This document shows positions 27,564 to 37,033 of a stretch of DNA of 64,000 nucleotides, in pieces. Positions within the stretch are counted from its first letter, which is position 1. Every line of letters begins with the position of its first letter. Under the pieces are notes generated by a model that had not been told where the DNA came from, searched no databases, and saw nothing but the letters and a program-made list of their open reading frames with translations. The stretch is from Gammaproteobacteria bacterium (GTDB lineage Bacteria > Pseudomonadota > Gammaproteobacteria > Legionellales > Legionellaceae): assembly GCA_030428185.1 (NCBI GenBank), contig JAUICE010000002.1:14000-77999 (forward strand), given 5' to 3'. The position numbers were made by a program, and so were the translations under genes.

Positions 27564-28919
27564 ATGCTTCGTCAAGCCGCAACAAAGTTAAAGCTGTTAG
27601 CAAGAAATCCACGCTTTGTATCATCTGTAGTACAAAGTGCAATCGCCCCAACGAAAAGCATGGCAAAACAAGTGCCTTCTTATGCAAGAGCCTTTCATAC
27701 TCTTAACGCAAATACTGCTCCGAGTTCTAATACGCTAAGTGGACTAGCTAAAGCGGGCGCCATAATCACAACAACCCTTGCAGGCTATCAACTCTACAAA
27801 AAAATTAATGAACCTAGAGAAAGTGACATAGTCGGTCAAGTGGTGGATTTTTCAGCACCAGTCCCGATACCTCCAAAGAGCACAGAAAAAAAGAAAAGCG
27901 CTAAACCTAGGCATGGGAGCTTAAATGCTCATTATAAAAAAACGCCTCACTCACTATACTTACAAAAAAGTGCTAAAAATAAAGGATTATTGCTTCGAGA
28001 GGTCATGATAGGTCAACTTTTACATCTTATAGCCCCCAATAGACAGCCTAAGTCTATGTTTTATGAAAAAAGATTAAGCAGCGAAAAATCCCAATACTAC
28101 TCATTGTCTGAAATAGCTCCCCACTCTGTAGACTTAGAAGATTTTCTGGCACATGAGGACTGGAAAAAAAAGCTAGAAAAGAAGCCTCTTCTTGACTTAG
28201 ATACAACACTTTTGACCTACACACTTATCGCCAGTCAGCAAGACTGTAAATTCGCCAATATCATTTTGATAGAACATGAAGATCACTATGAAGCTGCTGT
28301 TATTGATCATGAGCTTTCTGGTGAGCGTTTTTTTAGTATCAATCATAGACATCTATCTCTAAACCCAAAGCATATGCTCACTCAAATCAAAGAAGTTGGC
28401 CAAGCAGTTTGTAACAGTCCAGGTGAGGTTAGCTCAATAAAAGAGCAATTTTCAACGCCTCATAGTACTGCAAAAGCGTTCTATGAGTATATTCTTGAAA
28501 ATAAGGAGCAATATTTTTCAAAAGAGCGGATGCTCGATTTTACTAAACGAGCTTCAACGGTATCCGTTGCTCCATCCCTACAGGCCTTAGAAACTTTTTC
28601 CGAGCAGTCAGGTTTATATACCGAGAAAGATATTAAAGCTTGGAAGGCTGAGTTTGCTAGGATTCAGCAAACTGCTAAAACCTTTTTTGACGAAAATCAA
28701 TTCAATGACTCTGCTATAGAACACGCTATACAAAATAATATTAAACAACCAACAGCAGAGTCTATCACTACAAGCAGTGCTCTGTTTAAAAGTGATAAAA
28801 GAACAAAAAGTAAAGGAGAACTATCAGGAGATATACTTACCTTAAAAGATGCTGAAATCGTCACATCATTAAAAGATGCAACGAGCTTCAACCCAAGTGA
28901 AACAAAACACGTTTTTTAG
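27564..28919 (+). CDS. Hypothetical protein, 451 aa, effector-like; possible atypical kinase-like fold
   Basis: A long ORF with no housekeeping family recognised. Motif pattern: K...LLLREVMIGQLLHLI ... SEIAPHSVDLEDFL ... QQDCKFANIILI ... AAVIDHELS. This is ordered like the Lys/Glu, hinge, D-x-K-x-x-N and metal-binding Asp elements of protein-kinase-like folds. The CDS call is solid; the functional call is weak. Confidence 0.6.
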   Translation: MLRQAATKLKLLARNPRFVSSVVQSAIAPTKSMAKQVPSYARAFHTLNANTAPSSNTLSGLAKAGAIITTTLAGYQLYKKINEPRESDIVGQVVDFSAPVPIPPKSTEKKKSAKPRHGSLNAHYKKTPHSLYLQKSAKNKGLLLREVMIGQLLHLIAPNRQPKSMFYEKRLSSEKSQYYSLSEIAPHSVDLEDFLAHEDWKKKLEKKPLLDLDTTLLTYTLIASQQDCKFANIILIEHEDHYEAAVIDHELSGERFFSINHRHLSLNPKHMLTQIKEVGQAVCNSPGEVSSIKEQFSTPHSTAKAFYEYILENKEQYFSKERMLDFTKRASTVSVAPSLQALETFSEQSGLYTEKDIKAWKAEFARIQQTAKTFFDENQFNDSAIEHAIQNNIKQPTAESITTSSALFKSDKRTKSKGELSGDILTLKDAEIVTSLKDATSFNPSETKHVF

Positions 28920-28925
28920 TTGGGC

Positions 28926-29534
28926 TTATTTTGAGCGAGGACCAAACTGTGTTTTGCTTTCTGAGCCATCAAGAAGACGCTGGATATTATCCTTGTGTCT
29001 ATAGATAATTAACATTGCCATCAACAAAAGAGGTAAAAAGGCATGATGACCTCCAAGCATTGTCGCTGAAAGAAATGGAGTTATAGTCACCATTACGATA
29101 GAACTCAATGAAGAATAACTACTCAGCCATAAAATGCCTAACCATATGGCAGCCGCACAAACCCCAAACATAAAGTGAAGTCCAAAAACCACACCCAAAA
29201 AGGTTGCGACGCCTTTTCCGCCTTTAAATTGATAATACAACGGAAAAACGTGACCAAACACAGCAAAGAGCCCAATAAAAGCAAGTTTGGTAAAGTTTAA
29301 AGCTAAAAAACTCCCTAAAAGTACCGGAAGCACACCTTTGAGTAAATCAAAGACAAAAACCATTAATGCCTCTTGTTTACCCGCTAAACGTAGCACGTTG
29401 GTCGCTCCAGGATTTTTAGATCCTCCTTCTCGTGGATCAGGTAACCCCTTCATCTTAGTGATAATAATCGCGCCAGAAAGTGAGGCAATCAAGTAGGCGA
29501 AAATACATAACACTGTAGCATAAAAATATGACAT
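28926..29534 (-). CDS. plsY: Glycerol-3-phosphate acyltransferase PlsY
   Basis: 202 aa, polytopic, with GSKNPGATNVLR and FKGGKGVAT motifs. Confidence 0.95.
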   Translation of the reverse strand: MSYFYATVLCIFAYLIASLSGAIIITKMKGLPDPREGGSKNPGATNVLRLAGKQEALMVFVFDLLKGVLPVLLGSFLALNFTKLAFIGLFAVFGHVFPLYYQFKGGKGVATFLGVVFGLHFMFGVCAAAIWLGILWLSSYSSLSSIVMVTITPFLSATMLGGHHAFLPLLLMAMLIIYRHKDNIQRLLDGSESKTQFGPRSK

Positions 29535-29685
29535 CTTAATTAAGCTCCCATTCTAGCAGCTGCACCTCTATTTTTTCATGATAACTGGTATTCATTTTTT
29601 CAATCAAGGAGTAATACTGTATTTTAATGACAAAAGTCGGTAGATTATACAGTATAAGTAACACGTTAGGCTGTGCTCCGATTCC

Positions 29686-30246
29686 ATGGACAAACCTATA
29701 GAAATCCTTTTGTGCACTGCTTTACTTTTGATAAGTGCTATTCCAACAAATAGTTATGCTTATGACTTCGATAATCTTATTGGTAACCAAGATGAAGACT
29801 CTAAGGTTTATGCTGGTATGTTCGTCGTACACCACCGCAGTTTGCTCTATGATATCGAAAAGAGAGGAAGTCCCGGATATTTTGTTAAACCCAATATTGG
29901 AATAGCCAATAAGGGATATTTCATTAATTTTTTTAAAAACTCCTTTTGGGACCCAACGGTTTCTCTTGGTATATCTCGCCACTGGCTACAGTCTAATACT
30001 GCAAGTAGTCAAATGAATCTTGGCTATCGTTTAGGCGCCATTTACGGATACTGCCTAAATAATAGCGTCTATCATGGGCCTATCAGCCTAAAAAAACTAT
30101 TTGATGTAAACAAGTGCGAAGAAGGTACAACCCGTGTTTGGCGTATACTTCCAACTATTTATTTTGAGTATGGGAATAACAACTTTGGAATTGCCATCGA
30201 CGAGGCTTTTATCATTACTACGCTTAATTTCTTTTACCGTTTTTAA
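29686..30246 (+). CDS. Putative small outer-membrane beta-barrel protein
   Basis: A signal peptide (…PTNSYA|YD), alternating aromatic/polar strands and a C-terminal ...FFYRF (terminal Phe), typical of OMP beta-barrels. The specific family (PagL/PagP/OmpW-like) is not resolved. Confidence 0.45.
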   Translation: MDKPIEILLCTALLLISAIPTNSYAYDFDNLIGNQDEDSKVYAGMFVVHHRSLLYDIEKRGSPGYFVKPNIGIANKGYFINFFKNSFWDPTVSLGISRHWLQSNTASSQMNLGYRLGAIYGYCLNNSVYHGPISLKKLFDVNKCEEGTTRVWRILPTIYFEYGNNNFGIAIDEAFIITTLNFFYRF

Positions 30247-30250
30247 GAGG

Positions 30251-31381
30251 CTACAAAAACAAAGCTTGCAAGTCATTTAAAAACCGATGCCCTAACGGCG
30301 TAACATGCCAAGCGTCTCCCTCATCAGTCATTAAGCCCTTACTCACTGCTTTATTTATATACCAAGTGATAACATCTCTTGATAGTCTAGTACGTTGCTC
30401 AAATCGTTTTTTAGGTATTGGCTCAAAGAGTCGTACATGGTTAAGCATAAACTCAAAAAGCAACTGCTCTTCATCTAGCCTTCTTGTAGATGCTTTTTGT
30501 GAGTGAAGATAGTCTTTAGGCACTCGTTTTTTTTGTGTGCGGATAATTTCTTCATCTAACGTTATCTTTCCATGAGCTCCAGCACCAATACCAATATAAT
30601 CACCAAAACGCCAATAATTAAGATTATGCTTCGCTTGTTGATTACCACGACAAAAAGCTGAAATCTCATACTGCTTGAGCTGCTTAGAAAGCAATGCTTT
30701 CCCGTTTGCTTCAATCTCCCCTAAAGTATCATCGCCTGGAAGCTCTGGCTTGTAACGATAAAAATAGGTATTTGGCTCAATCGTTAACTGATACCATGAA
30801 AGATGAGTAGGGTTAAATGACAACGCCTGTTTTAGATCATCAAGTGCCATATCCACGCTCTGATTGGGAAGTCCGTGCATAATATCAATATTGAAATTCT
30901 CAAAACCCGCATCAAGGATCGACACAATTGCTTGCTTAGCCATATCACTATCATGCACACGCCCAAGACACTTTAACGAACTATCATCAAAACTTTGTAC
31001 GCCCAAAGACAAACGGTTAATACCTATCTGACGATAAGCCTTAAATCGAGCGGCCTCAACAGAGCTAGGATTTGCCTCCATAGTCACCTCTATCTCTTCG
31101 CTCAGTAGAGAGAGCTTGTGAATAGACTCAAAAAGTCGACTAAAGCTCTCTGCTGAAAAAAGGCTAGGCGTACCCCCTCCAATAAATATTGAGCAAATGG
31201 GGCGGCTAGATAGTATTGCGGCATATTGAGAAATATCATCTATCAATGCGCTGATGTACTCTGACTCAGGCATTGTTTTACCCACCTCATGTGAATTAAA
31301 GTCACAGTATGGGCACTTCTTTATGCACCAAGGAAGGTGAATATAAAGTGATAAAGGAATGTTATCGTTAACTTCAGCCAT
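30251..31381 (-). CDS. hemW: Radical-SAM heme chaperone HemW (HemN-like, oxygen-independent coproporphyrinogen oxidase family)
   Basis: LYIHLPWCIKKCPYCDFNS contains the C-x3-C-x2-C cluster; GGGTPS is present; 376 aa. Confidence 0.92.
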   Translation of the reverse strand: MAEVNDNIPLSLYIHLPWCIKKCPYCDFNSHEVGKTMPESEYISALIDDISQYAAILSSRPICSIFIGGGTPSLFSAESFSRLFESIHKLSLLSEEIEVTMEANPSSVEAARFKAYRQIGINRLSLGVQSFDDSSLKCLGRVHDSDMAKQAIVSILDAGFENFNIDIMHGLPNQSVDMALDDLKQALSFNPTHLSWYQLTIEPNTYFYRYKPELPGDDTLGEIEANGKALLSKQLKQYEISAFCRGNQQAKHNLNYWRFGDYIGIGAGAHGKITLDEEIIRTQKKRVPKDYLHSQKASTRRLDEEQLLFEFMLNHVRLFEPIPKKRFEQRTRLSRDVITWYINKAVSKGLMTDEGDAWHVTPLGHRFLNDLQALFL

Positions 31382-31868
31382 TCGGCGCTATGAGGCTTTT
31401 GGGATGCACTTGCATCTCATTATCTAGATAACCAGATAAGTTTCTCAACTCCTCTTCTGATAAAGGTTTTTCACACTCCTTTGCTTCCACACGCTCTTTA
31501 GCTTCATTAAAAACTACTGCTCCACGCTCATATTCAGCTTTCGATGGAACCAGATATGTCTCTGGCTCAGCTTCTTCAAAGCGCACCGTCCGTTTTGGCT
31601 TATCTATTGCGCCACCATTGAGTTCTCTTAACATCACAGAAGAACTTTCTGGAATACGCTCTTCATCATGTTTAGAGGCAAACATACCTTGCCACACACC
31701 GCCAACAAAGTGCTTTAAACGCATCCATTTTGCCATATAACTATTTTTAGTAATCACAGGAGGATTTTTAGGTTGGTCGGAGTCTGCATTTTTTAGAATT
31801 GACTTCGGCTTCATTTTTAATAAATTTTCCATAGAACCGCTTTCATCAGGATTAATCTCTTCAGCCAT
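31374..31868 (-). CDS. Hypothetical protein, 164 aa, translationally coupled to hemW
   Basis: The ORF stop overlaps the hemW start (ATGGCTGA). The protein is charged with no TM segment and no recognisable family. Confidence 0.5.
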   Translation of the reverse strand: MAEEINPDESGSMENLLKMKPKSILKNADSDQPKNPPVITKNSYMAKWMRLKHFVGGVWQGMFASKHDEERIPESSSVMLRELNGGAIDKPKRTVRFEEAEPETYLVPSKAEYERGAVVFNEAKERVEAKECEKPLSEEELRNLSGYLDNEMQVHPKSLIAPNG

Positions 31869-32096
31869 AAGTTCTACTCTCCTTTAATATGGAACTCCTT
31901 AACATACTATCACCTAGATGCGCTGTACAAAATATTTAAAATAAAGTTAACCACTGTTCTTGTTTAAAAAGAGGTCTATTGGATCAAATAACTTATAAAG
32001 AGTGTTGCTATCGTGATTGATAGGAGGATCCCTCTACCATCACTGGCCAACACGCGTTATTATCTCTGCCAAGAAAACTGTTAAAGAGAACCCGTT

Positions 32097-33086
32097 ATGA
32101 GTAGAAAAAAAGTTCATGTTGCTGTCACTGGAGCTGCAGGGCAGATTGGTTATGCATTGTTATTCCGTATTGCCTCTGGTCAAATGTTTGGCCCTGAGAC
32201 TGATATCCACCTAAATTTATTAGAATTAGAAGCTGCAATGGGCGCACTAGAGGGCGTTGCAATGGAGCTCGATGACTGTGCCTTTCCTTTATTAAAAGGC
32301 ATGACATTGACCTCTGATTTAAATACTGCTTTTAAAGATGTAAATTGGGCATTATTAGTTGGCTCAGTACCTAGAAAGCAGGGTATGGAGCGAGGTGATT
32401 TATTAGAAATCAACGGTGGCATTTTCACCAAACAAGGTCGCGCAATTAACGATAATGCCGCAAGTGATGTTAGAACCTTTGTAGTCGGCAATCCATGTAA
32501 CACTAACTGCTTAATTGCTATGAATAGTGCTAAAGACATTCCTAATGAGCGCTTTTTTGCTATGACCAAACTTGATGAACTTAGAGCTAAAACTCAACTT
32601 GCTAAAAAGGCTTGTGTTGATGTTACCGAGGTTAGCAACGTAACGATTTGGGGGAATCACTCTGCTACACAATACCCTGATTTTTATAATGCTAAAATCA
32701 ACGGCCAAAGCGCTTTTGATATCATCAATGATGAATCATGGTTACAAGGTGACTTTATAAAAACCGTTCAGCAACGTGGTGCCGCCATCATTAAAGCACG
32801 TGGTGCATCCAGTGCAGCTAGTGCCGCCAATGCGGTAGTGCAGGGCGTTCACGATATCGTTTTTGATACCAAAGAGGGCGACTCTTACTCAACTTGCCGC
32901 GTGTCTAATGGTGAATACGGTGTTGATAAGGGATTAATTTTCTCATTCCCATCAAAAACTATTAATGGTGAAAGCAAAATCATTGAGGGCATTAGCCATA
33001 ATGATTTTGGCCAAGAAAAATTCCAAGCAACCTTAGACGAGCTTAAGCACGAGCGTGATATTGTTAAAGAAAAAGGGTTGATTTAA
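32097..33086 (+). CDS. mdh: Malate dehydrogenase (LDH-like, cytosolic-type clade)
   Basis: [27 protein letters not shown] (NAD-binding), [14 protein letters not shown]; 329 aa. Confidence 0.96.
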   Translation: MSRKKVHVAVTGAAGQIGYALLFRIASGQMFGPETDIHLNLLELEAAMGALEGVAMELDDCAFPLLKGMTLTSDLNTAFKDVNWALLVGSVPRKQGMERGDLLEINGGIFTKQGRAINDNAASDVRTFVVGNPCNTNCLIAMNSAKDIPNERFFAMTKLDELRAKTQLAKKACVDVTEVSNVTIWGNHSATQYPDFYNAKINGQSAFDIINDESWLQGDFIKTVQQRGAAIIKARGASSAASAANAVVQGVHDIVFDTKEGDSYSTCRVSNGEYGVDKGLIFSFPSKTINGESKIIEGISHNDFGQEKFQATLDELKHERDIVKEKGLI

Positions 33087-33102
33087 CGTTCATATTAACT
33101 CA

Positions 33103-33129
33103 CCTTAAGCCAATCTTTTTGGCTTAAGG
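33103..33129. terminator. Stem-loop between the convergent genes mdh and the 322-aa ORF; likely a bidirectional intrinsic terminator
   Basis: ccttaagccaa-tcttt-ttggcttaagg: an 11-bp perfect stem with a 5-nt loop, located 17 nt after the mdh stop and 13 nt after the stop of the minus-strand ORF. The loop is T-rich, but the flanking U-tracts are weak. Confidence 0.55.
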
Positions 33130-33141
33130 TAGGCCATTCTT

Positions 33142-34110
33142 TTATCGTCCAAAAATGTTCATCGTACGTCGTAGGTGCATGGATTTATCAAAACGATCAG
33201 CAGGCTTAGGCGTGTGCTCTCGATTATGTGTCAAATTATTCTCTAGCTCTCGCCAGTAAGCTTTGTGATTTTGTTCAGTTTGTTGTAATTGCTTTTGCAA
33301 AGTTACATGTTGATTTAGCGTATGATTTAATTGATGTACCAATTGACTGACCGACTGTTTTTCAAGTGGTAAGCCTAAATGCCTTGAAATTTTATCAGCC
33401 AATACTTTTGATAAGCCTACACCGTGTTGTATCGCCATTTGAAACTGTGAAATAGGCCCTTTCAAACCTGCTAAATAATCATATATAAGACCAAATTTAG
33501 GTAGTCCACCGTAATGTTGATAGGCTTCAGTCAACTGCTCTATGTTCAAGCGAAAATATTCCTCATGCCCCAAAGCATCTTTTAGGCAATAAAAAAGCAC
33601 TCGCTCGTCTTTGCTTAATACTTTTTCTCTACCTATGGTACTCTCTTTATAGTGACCTAATTTAAATCGTTCACTTAATTTTTCTAGTATTCGTCTATGA
33701 AGTTTTTTCTCTTCTTGTTGAAGCTTTAAGCTTTTTTCCGTCAACGCAAGTACTTTATTCAACTGTCGCCACAAGCCTGATAGCGCAGAAAGTTCACGCA
33801 ACAAATTATCTTCACCCAAGAGATATGCCGCAACATCTAAATTTTTTTTAAAAGAGTTATGCTCATCTATTCCAAGTGCATGACAAAGTGCATTGTTCAT
33901 TGCTAAAAGCTTTTTTATCGTATCTGTAGTATCTAAACGATATTGCAAAACCAATTGTAAAGCCCGATGTGCATCCTCATCATCTAGCGTAGTTTCATCG
34001 GTAAAAAAAACACTCGCCTTTTCTAAGTTCTTAATAGATTTGTCTTGGCTGTCCAGCGCTTTCCGTAATTTTTCATCAAGCTTTGTGACTTTTTGCTCAT
34101 CTTCGTTCAT
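33142..34110 (-). CDS. Hypothetical protein, 322 aa, helical/coiled-coil-rich, effector-like
   Basis: A long ORF with heptad-like K/E/L/Q-rich segments and no recognisable family. Confidence 0.55.
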   Translation of the reverse strand: MNEDEQKVTKLDEKLRKALDSQDKSIKNLEKASVFFTDETTLDDEDAHRALQLVLQYRLDTTDTIKKLLAMNNALCHALGIDEHNSFKKNLDVAAYLLGEDNLLRELSALSGLWRQLNKVLALTEKSLKLQQEEKKLHRRILEKLSERFKLGHYKESTIGREKVLSKDERVLFYCLKDALGHEEYFRLNIEQLTEAYQHYGGLPKFGLIYDYLAGLKGPISQFQMAIQHGVGLSKVLADKISRHLGLPLEKQSVSQLVHQLNHTLNQHVTLQKQLQQTEQNHKAYWRELENNLTHNREHTPKPADRFDKSMHLRRTMNIFGR

Positions 34111-34250
34111 AAAATAACACTAAATGCCCCCTCGTATACTTGATCTTTATGCATTTACCCCCACATTTCAATGGTAAGTGTTGATTTAGATCATAGAAGC
34201 TACCTGAAATATTGATATACCATTCGTAATTAAAATTAAGGAGAACTACC

Positions 34251-34706
34251 ATGAACTTAATTAAATATCGACCTGGTCACTCACTACTTGATGATTTTCG
34301 TCGTGAAATTAATCAATTATTTAGCAATGAGTTAACAGCAAGTAGCACTTCTGATAATGCTAATCTTAATGTTAAAAATTGGATGCCTTTAGTTGATATC
34401 AAAGAAACTGATGAGTCTTTTCACCTGCAAGCAGACGTACCTGGCGTTAAAGCAAAAGATGTCAAAGTATACGTTGACGAGCAGCATCGTCTAGTGATGA
34501 AAGGTGAGCGAAGTAGTGAAACCAAAGAAGAAAAAGATAACTATGTGCGTGTTGAGCGCTCAACAGGTTCATTCTACAGAGCATTTGGCTTACCTGATAA
34601 TGTTGATACCGATCACATTTCTGCAAAAGTGACTGACGGACAGCTTGATGTGCTTATTCCTAAAAAACAGAAATCGTCAGGAAGAGAAATTCCTGTTTCA
34701 GAGTAA
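34251..34706 (+). CDS. Small heat-shock protein (Hsp20/alpha-crystallin, IbpA-like)
   Basis: WMPLVDIKETDESFHLQADVPGVKAKDVKVYVDE..LVMKGER...ERSTGSFYRAFGLPDNVD is a canonical alpha-crystallin domain. AAGGAG lies upstream of the ATG. Confidence 0.93.
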   Translation: MNLIKYRPGHSLLDDFRREINQLFSNELTASSTSDNANLNVKNWMPLVDIKETDESFHLQADVPGVKAKDVKVYVDEQHRLVMKGERSSETKEEKDNYVRVERSTGSFYRAFGLPDNVDTDHISAKVTDGQLDVLIPKKQKSSGREIPVSE

Positions 34707-35456
34707 ATGATGAGTACTGCAGACATCATTCCATTTAAAACCCTATCAAATCATTATCAGTCTGATGTCTGCACACACTGTAGTGTAAAAGGTTTTTGTC
34801 TACCTGTAAGCTTAAGCGAGTCACATGCAAAAATATTAGAAGATAAATTAAATAAAGAAACCAGGCTCCTACATAAAAATGAAATCTTATTTAAGCCAGG
34901 TGATCCTTTCAATGATTTATATGTAGTACGCTCAGGATCGTTTAAAACACTCCAGTCTAACCTAGATTTTGATAATCAAATTATTAGCTTTAATTTTCCA
35001 GGTGAAATGCTTGGATTTGATGCCCTACATCATGAAAAACACCAATTAACGACTATTTCGCTTGAAACAAGCTCAGTTTGCAAAATCAGCTTTAAAGAGC
35101 TTTTTTTATTAGCTGCTGAAATTCCAGCCATACAAAAACGACTACTCACTCTTGCCACTTTAGAGCAAGCAAAAAAGCTAAGCTTTTCGCTTAATAGTAC
35201 CGCTCTAGTTCGAGTCTGCTGCTTTTTACTTAATTTATCAGAAGGGTTTAAACGCAGAAAACTCTCACCAGTTCGTTTTCACTTAAGCATGTCACGACAT
35301 GACATCGCTAATTACTTAGGATTAACGGTTGAGACAACCAGCAGGATGTTTAGTAAGTTACAAGAATATGCCGTTATTAAATTTGATAGGCGTGAAGTGC
35401 ATATTTTAAATTTAAGAAAGCTGCAAACACTAGCGATCAACAAAGACAAGGAATAA
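34707..35456 (+). CDS. fnr: CRP/FNR-family transcription factor with an FNR-type N-terminal Cys cluster
   Basis: SDVCTHCSVKGFCLP has C-x2-C-x5-C spacing like E. coli FNR Cys20/23/29, with a further Cys in SSVCKISF. It also has a cNMP-binding-like beta-roll and a C-terminal HTH (SRHDIANYLGLTVETTSRMFSKL). Confidence 0.85.
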   Translation: MMSTADIIPFKTLSNHYQSDVCTHCSVKGFCLPVSLSESHAKILEDKLNKETRLLHKNEILFKPGDPFNDLYVVRSGSFKTLQSNLDFDNQIISFNFPGEMLGFDALHHEKHQLTTISLETSSVCKISFKELFLLAAEIPAIQKRLLTLATLEQAKKLSFSLNSTALVRVCCFLLNLSEGFKRRKLSPVRFHLSMSRHDIANYLGLTVETTSRMFSKLQEYAVIKFDRREVHILNLRKLQTLAINKDKE

Positions 35457-35459
35457 CTG

Positions 35460-35879
35460 ATGCAACCTTATCATCACATGCTTTTTGCAACCGATCTATC
35501 ACCGGTTAATTATAAAATGCGCGATAAAGTCCTCGCTCTTGCCTCTACGTTTAAATCCAGGCTAAGTGTTGTACACGTAGTTAGCAGTATGAGCTCACTA
35601 TCACGAAACTACTCTTTAGTGGTTGGCCTACAAGAAACACTAGAGAAAGAAGCTCAAAAACATTTAAAAACGTTTTGCGCACCACTTAACATACCTGAGG
35701 CTGATCAAATTGTTAAAACAGGTCAACCAGTTCAAGAAATAATCAAAACCATTAAAGAAAAAAACATCGACTTATTACTTTTAGGTCGATACGGAAATAA
35801 TGGTATCGGTCACTTACTAGGCTCGGTCTCACACCGGTTAATACATAAAACACAAACAGAAATTTTACTGATTAACTGA
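35460..35879 (+). CDS. Universal stress protein (UspA family)
   Basis: 139 aa with the C-terminal ATP-binding-type motif LLLLGRYGNNGIGHLLGSVSHRLI. Confidence 0.88.
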   Translation: MQPYHHMLFATDLSPVNYKMRDKVLALASTFKSRLSVVHVVSSMSSLSRNYSLVVGLQETLEKEAQKHLKTFCAPLNIPEADQIVKTGQPVQEIIKTIKEKNIDLLLLGRYGNNGIGHLLGSVSHRLIHKTQTEILLIN

Positions 35880-35914
35880 TGCCATATGAAAGGATGGAGA
35901 TTTGCACTCCTGTT

Positions 35915-36874
35915 CTATTTATCTTGATAATGCCCCACATAAAAACAACTACCGCCCTTACGTTTAGACTGATATAAAAGATCGTCTGCTTGTTTCAATA
36001 ACTTGCTTAATGGCGCACCTGGTTTATCGTCAACAATAATACCCATACTCACTCCGACATTAAGCTCCGTATTCATAACCGTAATCGGCTGATTAAGTTC
36101 ACTAATCACTTTTTTTGGTAAGGTATCAGAAAAATTATTCGCATAAGACAAAATGACAAACTCATCACCACCAATTCTAGCGATAAAATCATTTTTTCTT
36201 AAAATAGCGTTTAGGCGTTTCGCGAGCACTTTTAGCACATCATCACCTATAAGGTGACCATGACTATCATTAATCGACTTAAACTTATCTAAATCAAAAA
36301 GAGTCAGCACCACTTGATGACTTTGACGTTTTGCTGTTTTTACTATCTGCTGATACATTTCATTCAGAAAGTACCGGTTCGGTAATCCTGTCAATAAATC
36401 ATGATTTCCCTGAGTAACCAGGCGCTGCTTTTCTTCTTCCTCATCCGAAATATCACGAATTAAATTAACCGCTAAGAGTCCTGTTTGTGTTTTTAATGCA
36501 AATACCACGGCATCTATAATTAAGGTTTCCTTCTGTTTTGTATACAGCTTTAACTTCAATCTAGACTCACCCATCATGCGTGAATAAGGACGAATAAAAA
36601 ACGTTTTTCGATGCTCTACATGCTTCTCGCGAATTCTAGGGGGTACTAAATCTTCTATCTTCATCTTTAGAAGTTCAAGATATGGATGACCAGTGAGCTT
36701 TGATGCAAAATCATTACACTGTATGATCTCACCTTCTTCATTGCTAATAAACACACTTTCAGGTATTTGATTTAAAAAATATGCAAACTTATCAGAGCGA
36801 ATAAATTCAACCGACCAACTCTCATCCTTTAGAAACCGTTGTATCAACGCTTGTTCGACTTTACTCATAATCAA
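35915..36874 (-). CDS. PAS-domain diguanylate cyclase (GGDEF)
   Basis: An N-terminal PAS-like region (ESVFISNEEGEIIQCNDFASKLTGH) and a C-terminal GGDEF domain with an intact active site (ARIGGDEFVIL) and the DLDKFKSINDSHGH motif. No RxxD I-site was noticed directly upstream of GGDEF. Confidence 0.9.
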   Translation of the reverse strand: MIMSKVEQALIQRFLKDESWSVEFIRSDKFAYFLNQIPESVFISNEEGEIIQCNDFASKLTGHPYLELLKMKIEDLVPPRIREKHVEHRKTFFIRPYSRMMGESRLKLKLYTKQKETLIIDAVVFALKTQTGLLAVNLIRDISDEEEEKQRLVTQGNHDLLTGLPNRYFLNEMYQQIVKTAKRQSHQVVLTLFDLDKFKSINDSHGHLIGDDVLKVLAKRLNAILRKNDFIARIGGDEFVILSYANNFSDTLPKKVISELNQPITVMNTELNVGVSMGIIVDDKPGAPLSKLLKQADDLLYQSKRKGGSCFYVGHYQDK

Positions 36875-37033
36875 CGCAATCTAACCAGTTATCTTCTGTC
36901 TATTGTACACATACAAAATAATAAAGAGCCATGTATCAAACGTATTAATTGATAGCTTGCTCACGTACTTATTGCTCTTTATTTATTCTGCAAATATAAT
37001 TTGCTCAAACTGATTTATTTTTGGCGAAATATC

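Noticed and set aside
32125-32708. Three minus-strand ORFs antisense to mdh
   Set aside because: They lie entirely inside the highly conserved malate dehydrogenase gene and are typical antisense artefacts.
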